A stretch of 64,000 bases of DNA, from sequence record MF498773.1; one strand, given 5' to 3'. Position numbers and translations under genes: made by a program. Of this stretch, positions 57,744 through 64,000 are shown in pieces. The notes beneath the pieces were generated by a model. The model saw nothing but the letters and a program-made list of their open reading frames with translations, was not told the origin of the DNA and did no database searches. Numbering within the stretch: the stretch's first letter is position 1; each line of letters starts with the position of its first letter.

Positions 57744-58067
57744 TTAGTCGTAAAAACCGGGTTTTTTGCTTTCAGCAATAGATTTGCGAATTTGTGGCTC
57801 TTTGTCATAGCAGGTTTTGCAATATTTCCCAGCAAACACATTACCAACAAGTTGGTCTTCGTCTTGTGCAGTACCACAACAAGTACATACAAAATATCGA
57901 ACACCTACATTTACCAAACCACACTGTTCGTTAAGGAACTCAAGTGGTTTGTTTCGTGGGAGTGCTTCTGCATCTCGACCACCAACCCCTTTTCGCCAAT
58001 AAGACCCTGTGCAGTACTTCGAAAAATAAATGTTTGGGTATTTTACTTGCAATTCTTCGTTACACAT
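57744..58067 (-). CDS. Hypothetical Zn-binding protein (107 aa)
   Basis: CTCC...CKTC. Confidence 0.72.
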   Translation of the reverse strand: MCNEELQVKYPNIYFSKYCTGSYWRKGVGGRDAEALPRNKPLEFLNEQCGLVNVGVRYFVCTCCGTAQDEDQLVGNVFAGKYCKTCYDKEPQIRKSIAESKKPGFYD

Positions 58068-58378
58068 TTTTGTTTCCTTTCTTTATAAAGGTTGTTAATA
58101 AAGTTAACAATTACCGGGTGAGGGACACAAATTTCTTTCTCGGTATAACTTACCCTAGCTTTGTGTTTTCCACCATAAAATTTACCAAACACATTTTTGG
58201 CGATCATACCTTTTTGGTGGTGTTGGTTCCTCATTACTGAATCTTGATCTGCGTTAGATCGCATCAGTTTTGATGGGGTTTTCTCTTTCCAAGAAAATAT
58301 ACCAGTTCCTAAAAACTTGTCAAGACCATATGCCAGACCAAGACAAACAACACCAACAGACAAACTTTCTACCAACAT
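58043..58378 (-). CDS. Hypothetical protein with N-terminal hydrophobic anchor (111 aa)
   Basis: GAGG RBS; hydrophobic residues 6-27. Confidence 0.7.
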   Translation of the reverse strand: MLVESLSVGVVCLGLAYGLDKFLGTGIFSWKEKTPSKLMRSNADQDSVMRNQHHQKGMIAKNVFGKFYGGKHKARVSYTEKEICVPHPVIVNFINNLYKERKQKCVTKNCK

Positions 58379-58390
58379 AATTAATTCCTC

Positions 58391-58873
58391 TTAAAGGTCA
58401 GCGATATCAACAGCAACACCACCAGCAGCGATGAACGGGATGCGGCTCTTGGCACGGTCATCAACCAGACAAACGTTAGGACGAGCAAACGCGGCTTTGT
58501 CTTCACTACACAGGGTATAATGGAAGTTTTCTAACAGTACCGCAGCGACGTCAGCAGGATATACATAAGAGACCCAAGCTTTCTTCTGGCGAACTACGTT
58601 CTCTGGGTTTTGACGACCGACGCTGGTTAAGATACTTACCTTGCGACCACTACGAACCATCTCAATAACCAGAGAAACCCCTTTTTCCATCACCGGAAGA
58701 TGACGATAGAAATTACCATTTGCCAGTTCTTCTTTGATAAGATTCTTATCTTCTTTGTTCAGACTGTCAAACTGTTCTGCCGCACCCTCACCAAAACGAG
58801 CATCGAATGCACGACACCAGTCAGCCATCACCCCATCCATATCAAAAAACAACTCGTAAGGATCATTCAGCAT
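58391..58873 (-). CDS. HAD-family 5'(3')-deoxyribonucleotidase-like protein
   Basis: FFDMDGV, ILTS, LVDDR; GAGG RBS at this start. Confidence 0.9.
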   Translation of the reverse strand: MLNDPYELFFDMDGVMADWCRAFDARFGEGAAEQFDSLNKEDKNLIKEELANGNFYRHLPVMEKGVSLVIEMVRSGRKVSILTSVGRQNPENVVRQKKAWVSYVYPADVAAVLLENFHYTLCSEDKAAFARPNVCLVDDRAKSRIPFIAAGGVAVDIADL

Positions 58874-58994
58874 TGTAATTCCTCTTTTGTGTCTCAACGA
58901 GATAGATAATACTACACACAAGTTTCATGAGTCAACCCCTTTTTAAAAGAAAAAAGGCCATGAGCAAATTGCATCATGACCCACGTTAGACAAC

Positions 58995-59357
58995 TTAACC
59001 GTCCTCGCGTTTTGTTTGAGTTTTCTTCTCAACTCTGGCGTTTTCCATCTCACTGATCCGCTTCTCAAGTCTCTCCAATTCAACTCGGTTCCCCCTATTA
59101 ACCTCATCGATAAGATCCTTACTATAAAGCATTGCCCGCAGTTGAGCAGTTTCTACAGAATCCTTATTTGGGAGAGATTTAATCTCCGTTCTTAGGTTAT
59201 CTATAGATTTGTCCATGTGGGAAGTGATTTGCTCTTTAAAAGCTACTTGGCGGGAATCCGCTATAAATTCATTATATGAAAATATAGAGGCCCAGATCGC
59301 CACAATAACGGTTAGGACGGGTAGGGTGTCTTTAAACAGCTTACTATTTATAAGCAT
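58995..59357 (-). CDS. Late single-TM coiled-coil protein (120 aa)
   Basis: LPVLTVIVAIWASIFSY helix; GGGAG RBS; late promoter 59403-59409. Confidence 0.78.
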   Translation of the reverse strand: MLINSKLFKDTLPVLTVIVAIWASIFSYNEFIADSRQVAFKEQITSHMDKSIDNLRTEIKSLPNKDSVETAQLRAMLYSKDLIDEVNRGNRVELERLEKRISEMENARVEKKTQTKREDG

Positions 59358-59402
59358 TTTATTTTCTCCCTACGTCACGAGGAAATGGTATTCCCTCGCA
59401 TT

Positions 59403-59423
59403 TATTTAGTGTTGCCCTAAATA
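59403..59423. promoter_or_regulatory. Back-to-back late promoters (TM gene / uvsW)
   Basis: TATTTAG-TGTTGCC-CTAAATA. Confidence 0.8.
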
Positions 59424-59457
59424 ATTATATATGTGAAAAATTTAAAGAGAGAATGAG

Positions 59458-60963
59458 ATGAAAGTATCAGTTAAATTCAACGACTATAGTAATGCTATTA
59501 TTGAATGTGAACGTGACATATTCATGGAATTGAGAGAGTATTATTCATTTGAGACGGAAGGTGGTGCTAGATTTAATCCTAAGTTCAAATATAGCGGTTG
59601 GGATGGTCGGATCCGTCTCCTACAACCGGATGGAAAATTCCCTTATGGTCTGGTCAATAACCTTGAGAAATATTGCGCTAGAAACGAATACGAATTTGAA
59701 AAAGAAGAAGACTTTACTCCTATTAACCATTTCACATCTAGAGAAGAGTTTGATAAATGGTTGGCTGATATTGATATATATTCTGGGGGAAATAAGATTA
59801 CCGCGCACTGGTATCAGGCTGATGCGGTTTATTACGCAATTCAGAATAACCGGGGTATCTTAAACCTTCCTACGTCTGCCGGTAAATCCCTAATAGCAGC
59901 TCTTATTTGTTACTGGTATATGACTAATTATGATGGGAAAATATTGCTAATCGTTCCAACAACCTCCCTTGTTACTCAGATGATGGACGATTTCTCAGAT
60001 TATCAGTTTATGAGACGGGAATTTTCTCATGGTATTATGGCTGGTAAAACAAAAGATCACCCAGCACCAGTATTTGTTAGTACATGGCAAAGTGCATCGA
60101 AACAACCAGTTCATTGGTTCCGCCAATTTGGGGCTCTTTTGATTGATGAATGTCACAACGTAGGTAGTGAGATTAAGAATATCATCACAAACCTCTCTGA
60201 GTGCCCGTTTAAATGGGGTATGAGTGGTTCTTTGAAAGATGGTAAATGTAATATTATGTCGTATGTTGGTTTGTTTGGGGATGTATTCAAGCCGGTTAGT
60301 ACTAAACAACTTATGGAAGAGGGTCAAGTAACAGATCTTAAAATAAATAACCTGTTCTTGCGGTATCCTAAACAAGATTGTGTATTAACTAAAGGAATAG
60401 AATATCAACAAGAGATTAAATATATCGAGGAACATACAAAGAGAAATGCTTTTGTGTGTCGTTTGGCTTTAAAATTAGCCAAAGAGAAGAAAGAGAATAC
60501 CTTGATACTGTTTAGGCATAAGGAACATGGGAAGAAGCTTTATGAGGCCCTTAGAAAAAAACATGACAATGTATTCTTTGCTAATGGCGATACTAACGTA
60601 GAGGAACGGGATCAGCTTAAGAAAATTGCAGAGGGTAGCGACGGAATGATTATCGTTGCTTCTATTGGTATATTCTCGACAGGTATTTCTATCAAAAAGC
60701 TATTCCACGTTATTTTCGCTTCCCCATTTAAATCTAAGGTTACCACATTACAGAGTATTGGTCGGGTTCTTCGAAAACATGGAGAAAAGACTATCGCCAC
60801 TCTATGGGATATCGTAGATAACCTATGTATTGAGACCAAAAATTCGAAACCGGGCTCGGTTAAATATGCACATAAAAATTATGCTTACAAACATGCAATG
60901 CTTCGTATCGAAAGATATGCAAGTGAACAATTTGACTATCAAATTAAGGAAATAGAACTGTGA
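59458..60963 (+). CDS. uvsW: UvsW helicase
   Basis: LPTSAGKS, DECH, QSIGRVLRK. Confidence 0.97.
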   Translation: MKVSVKFNDYSNAIIECERDIFMELREYYSFETEGGARFNPKFKYSGWDGRIRLLQPDGKFPYGLVNNLEKYCARNEYEFEKEEDFTPINHFTSREEFDKWLADIDIYSGGNKITAHWYQADAVYYAIQNNRGILNLPTSAGKSLIAALICYWYMTNYDGKILLIVPTTSLVTQMMDDFSDYQFMRREFSHGIMAGKTKDHPAPVFVSTWQSASKQPVHWFRQFGALLIDECHNVGSEIKNIITNLSECPFKWGMSGSLKDGKCNIMSYVGLFGDVFKPVSTKQLMEEGQVTDLKINNLFLRYPKQDCVLTKGIEYQQEIKYIEEHTKRNAFVCRLALKLAKEKKENTLILFRHKEHGKKLYEALRKKHDNVFFANGDTNVEERDQLKKIAEGSDGMIIVASIGIFSTGISIKKLFHVIFASPFKSKVTTLQSIGRVLRKHGEKTIATLWDIVDNLCIETKNSKPGSVKYAHKNYAYKHAMLRIERYASEQFDYQIKEIEL

Positions 60964-61241
60964 TATACTTTGCTGATTATCTTCGCCTTCAAGAAGAGGT
61001 AGAAGAAAAAAACACCGATGGTGGTGATGACAAGCCTGCTGTAAGTATCGAAAAGTTTTTGGGTAAAATTATGTCAGCAATGACACCCAAAGGACTTGAC
61101 GAACTAGAGCGTTATTATAAAAGTCGAATAAAATCCGTTGCTATTTCGGATACTGATGATATTCAGATCCGTGATGCAATCGATGGTCGCCGCGAAGCCT
61201 TTAAACAAGAGGAAGGCGGTGAGGAAGTAGAAGACTTTTGA
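60960..61241 (+). CDS. uvsW.1: UvsW.1
   Basis: GLDELERYY...DDIQIRDAIDGRR; overlaps the uvsW stop. Confidence 0.9.
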   Translation: MIYFADYLRLQEEVEEKNTDGGDDKPAVSIEKFLGKIMSAMTPKGLDELERYYKSRIKSVAISDTDDIQIRDAIDGRREAFKQEEGGEEVEDF

Positions 61242-61280
61242 TTTTTAAAGCCCCTTCCTTTTCGGTTGGGGCTTTTCTGT

Positions 61281-61616
61281 TTAGAATGGGTTGTGGTTTT
61301 TACTTGGGTTTTTAAGGAACTTCTCGTAATTCTTCAACTCATCATAAACCGTTTGCGCTATGAAACCAACGCTACATTTTCCTTTTTGATAGATTGCTCC
61401 ACTAACCCGAGCATAACGTGACGCGGAAAACAGGGGGGCGAGATCTGGGTCTACATCATAAAGGAGAGCCAAGATGCAGTTTTGGCGGTTCTTTCCCCGT
61501 GTGTGTTCTAGAACAAGACAATTAAGTTCTTTTCGAACTTGGTTAGTCAGTTCACGGATCTCCATCACTTGACCAAATTCACCATTTTTCAAAACATCGT
61601 TATTGTGGTGATTCAT
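61281..61616 (-). CDS. Hypothetical protein (111 aa)
   Basis: ORF with GGAG RBS. Confidence 0.75.
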   Translation of the reverse strand: MNHHNNDVLKNGEFGQVMEIRELTNQVRKELNCLVLEHTRGKNRQNCILALLYDVDPDLAPLFSASRYARVSGAIYQKGKCSVGFIAQTVYDELKNYEKFLKNPSKNHNPF

Positions 61617-61627
61617 TTTATCTCTCC

Positions 61628-61855
61628 TTAGCGAACCATGGTTTTCATTTTCTTAACAACCACGGTAGTCTGGGTGGAAGGACCACGACGACCAGTACGG
61701 GTGAGGGTCATGGTCTCTTTTTTCTGGGAAGGGGTAACCTCAACAGAACGAGCCCAGCGATTAGCGGAATCTTTGCCGTTGTCGGTCATTTTACCGAAGG
61801 AAGCGACACGGGCGGCAGAACGAGTAGCGAAGAAAACTTGAGCGGTCATAGTCAT
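61628..61855 (-). CDS. Small basic early protein (75 aa)
   Basis: AGGA RBS, host-like codons, TTGCAC...TAATAT promoter upstream. Confidence 0.75.
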   Translation of the reverse strand: MTMTAQVFFATRSAARVASFGKMTDNGKDSANRWARSVEVTPSQKKETMTLTRTGRRGPSTQTTVVVKKMKTMVR

Positions 61856-61954
61856 GGTTCATTTCCTTTTTCAGAAGAGGGACAACCCGTCCCGACATGA
61901 GTAATATTACCAGAACTGGATTTTGGTGCAAGCGATTTTTGAAAAATAAATGCA

Positions 61955-61988
61955 AAAAATCCCAAGTGATTGATTCACTTGGGATTTT
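61955..61988 (-). terminator. uvsY terminator
   Basis: AAAATCCCAAGTGA-ATCAA-TCACTTGGGATTTT. Confidence 0.88.
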
Positions 61989-61991
61989 ACT

Positions 61992-62408
61992 TTACTTTAC
62001 ACCAACCATAAGGGCTTGGTGGTCAACAATCGCTCTAATACTAAATCCACGTTGTCGGATAGATTCGATTGCACCATCACAAAACTTAATCATCAGATCC
62101 AGATAATCCAGTTTTTTTGATGACAAAAGAACTTTATCGTCCGCTGGGATGATGGTTTTTAATTCAGTTGCACTGAAATCGAACTCGCATATATCATCAC
62201 CACGCCCAGTATTGTGCATTAGACTATCTTTCAGGATAACAACATGCGAAGAATGAATACCAATACGCTGACGACTTAGGTCTGCTTTGTACCGGATCCA
62301 TTTCCCATAGATTACTGGATTGTCCATAGCGGAATTTTGAATATTACCACGGTCGATAATAAGGTCTTTTTCCAATTCTGCTTGTAAGCTTTCCAATGAG
62401 TGATCCAT
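61992..62408 (-). CDS. uvsY: Recombination mediator UvsY
   Basis: IYGKWIRY, AIESIRQRGFSIR. Confidence 0.93.
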   Translation of the reverse strand: MDHSLESLQAELEKDLIIDRGNIQNSAMDNPVIYGKWIRYKADLSRQRIGIHSSHVVILKDSLMHNTGRGDDICEFDFSATELKTIIPADDKVLLSSKKLDYLDLMIKFCDGAIESIRQRGFSIRAIVDHQALMVGVK

Positions 62409-62587
62409 TACAGCAGTTGCACCTCTTCAATTTTAGAACTCAAATCCGATTCGTTTAGTTTAGAGTTTTCAAATTGATCTTTGTAGTATGCATAACACCC
62501 TTGATAATGGAGAGTACCATGGGGAGTATCTACAGTGGTTTGATGCGATTCAATTTTTTGTTTACAAATGATACATTTCATTTTCAT
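62408..62587 (-). CDS. uvsY.-2: UvsY.-2-like protein (59 aa)
   Basis: Manual translation MKMKCIICKQKI...DTPHGTLHYQGCY...VQLL; matches recalled T4 pattern. Confidence 0.85.
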   Translation of the reverse strand: MKMKCIICKQKIESHQTTVDTPHGTLHYQGCYAYYKDQFENSKLNESDLSSKIEEVQLL

Positions 62588-62623
62588 ATTCCTTTCAAGT
62601 AAGGGGGAATTCCCCCCTTTCCT

Positions 62624-63928
62624 TTATTTAGAGCCATCGAAGTACAAACAGAAATCTGTTGGGCGGGTCACGCCAACATAAACAAGCTGTTGCTGTAGGT
62701 CGGTATCAGCATAACTGATATCATGCAACCCAAGCCAGACACCCTTTACAGTAGATCCTTGGCTCTTATGAATGGTACATGCACCAAGAGATTTCGTTTC
62801 TGTAAATGTCTTTTTAGCATCCCAGAACGAAGCCCACGCCGCCTTAGTTTGTCCACGTTGCATTTGTTTGATAACTGCCGCTGCCTCACTGAGTTGGTAA
62901 TTAAACTCGGCTTTTGAGTCTTCGCCATATACAGACATAATGTCATGGGTCACACCAGAAAAATCTGATGTTACCTTAAGCTTGGCAACTGAAATAGAAA
63001 ATGCAGGGGAACCATCAATACGAATGTTCATATCAGACACTTCGATTTCATCAACAGTTACTACCTCACCATTAGTGAAGATTGTTTCTATCGTATCATC
63101 GTCGTATTCAACCATGACTGGTTCTTGTAAAACAAGCTTCTCACCTTCGATGAATGGTAGGTCTGTTTTGTATACGTGTTTACGGACAATCGAGTTGACT
63201 TTATCAACTACCTTGTTTGTAAATGCCAAGAACCTGTATTTGGTTAGGTCGTCCGGAGTTTTCACAACTCTGAGATATGAGTTGATCAAGTCTGTGATAC
63301 TTTTTACTTTGTACACACCAGACTTTTTCTCTTTGTTCCAGTTCTGATAGATCCAGCCACCTTCCCTGATAGTTGTTGCTACTTGAATAATCGGGTTATC
63401 CAGAGATTGACGCATAATATCAGTCATTCTGATTTGAGTAAACCTACTATCTGTGAAATACGGACTCAATTCACCCGGTGCATGATCTACTGGTTGAATC
63501 TGGTCTTTATCACCTATGGCAATAATACGACAAGTAGGAGGAATAGATTTCATCGTAATATTAAACAAGGTTTTTGAATGCATAGACGCTTCTTCGATAA
63601 TGAGATATCGAACCGTGCTAAGGTCTGGCATTTTACTTTGGTCGAAGATCTGAATATCTTCAAGTGTTTCTGGGTGGATTTTCATTAGGCTATGGATTGT
63701 GCAAGCCTCAATACCTGACATCTCAGTTAGAACGATTTTAGCTTGGTGTGTGGGGGCAGCAAGAACCGTACCCAATTCGTCACCAAGCATTTTGATAATA
63801 TATTTTACCAAGAATGTTTTACCACTACCGGGAGGACCGGATATCGTAATATGACCAGTCCCAGATCGAACCGCATCTACCGCCATTTGTTGACTATTTG
63901 TTAGTGTTATTTCGTTCTCGTTCCTCAT
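62624..63928 (-). CDS. dda: Dda DNA helicase
   Basis: GPPGSGKT, EEASM, GDKDQIQPV, TIHKSQGST, YVGVTR. Confidence 0.95.
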   Translation of the reverse strand: MRNENEITLTNSQQMAVDAVRSGTGHITISGPPGSGKTFLVKYIIKMLGDELGTVLAAPTHQAKIVLTEMSGIEACTIHSLMKIHPETLEDIQIFDQSKMPDLSTVRYLIIEEASMHSKTLFNITMKSIPPTCRIIAIGDKDQIQPVDHAPGELSPYFTDSRFTQIRMTDIMRQSLDNPIIQVATTIREGGWIYQNWNKEKKSGVYKVKSITDLINSYLRVVKTPDDLTKYRFLAFTNKVVDKVNSIVRKHVYKTDLPFIEGEKLVLQEPVMVEYDDDTIETIFTNGEVVTVDEIEVSDMNIRIDGSPAFSISVAKLKVTSDFSGVTHDIMSVYGEDSKAEFNYQLSEAAAVIKQMQRGQTKAAWASFWDAKKTFTETKSLGACTIHKSQGSTVKGVWLGLHDISYADTDLQQQLVYVGVTRPTDFCLYFDGSK

Positions 63929-63998
63929 TATTTTCCTTCTCTCTAACTTGTGCTATCAATTTTTCATGTAATTGTGTAGCTGCTTCTTTGACATTGTC
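63894..63998 (-). CDS. 3' end of a gene continuing beyond the window
   Basis: Open frame DNVKEAATQLHEKLIAQ... overlapping the dda start. Confidence 0.4.
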   Translation of the reverse strand, partial: DNVKEAATQLHEKLIAQVREKENNEERERNNTNK

Positions 63999-64000
63999 TG

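Noticed and set aside
56070-58088. Long plus-strand ORFs (237 aa and 296 aa)
   Set aside because: Antisense to well-supported minus-strand genes including rnlB; Phe/Ile-rich shadow composition

Overview
This is a 64-kb segment of a large T4-like (Straboviridae-type) myophage genome, about 38% GC. Positions 1-3.1 kb are a minus-strand tRNA cluster: 10 tRNAs, several highly structured non-tRNA spacers and small ORFs. Next come accessory genes, a J-domain protein, gp57A, gp1 and gp3, then a relocated baseplate-hub block (gp29, gp26/51, gp54), a free-standing homing endonuclease, gp2 and gp4. The plus-strand late virion module follows: gp48, 53, 27, 5, 5.1, 5.4, 25, 6-12, a giant wac plus a putative tip protein, 13-20, 67, 68 and 21-24. 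The window ends with an accessory region (RyR-domain, SLOG, inh, LprI-like, RNA ligase 2, HAD nucleotidase) and uvsW, uvsW.1, uvsY, uvsY.-2 and dda. Late promoters read CTAAATA rather than TATAAATA, which from memory resembles Aeromonas phage Aeh1-like viruses (host not provable here). The main candidates for new biology are four. (1) A probable programmed -1 frameshift (T TTT TTC) that would make both gp26-like and gp51-like chaperones from one gene just upstream of the tape measure. (2) A 1041-aa multi-foldon whisker with a lectin/Ig tip partner. (3) Large GNRA-rich structured RNAs interleaved with tRNAs. (4) A ~116-bp origin-like hairpin element duplicated in inverted orientation 43 kb apart. 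Gene names come from recalled sequence motifs and synteny; no database searches were run.
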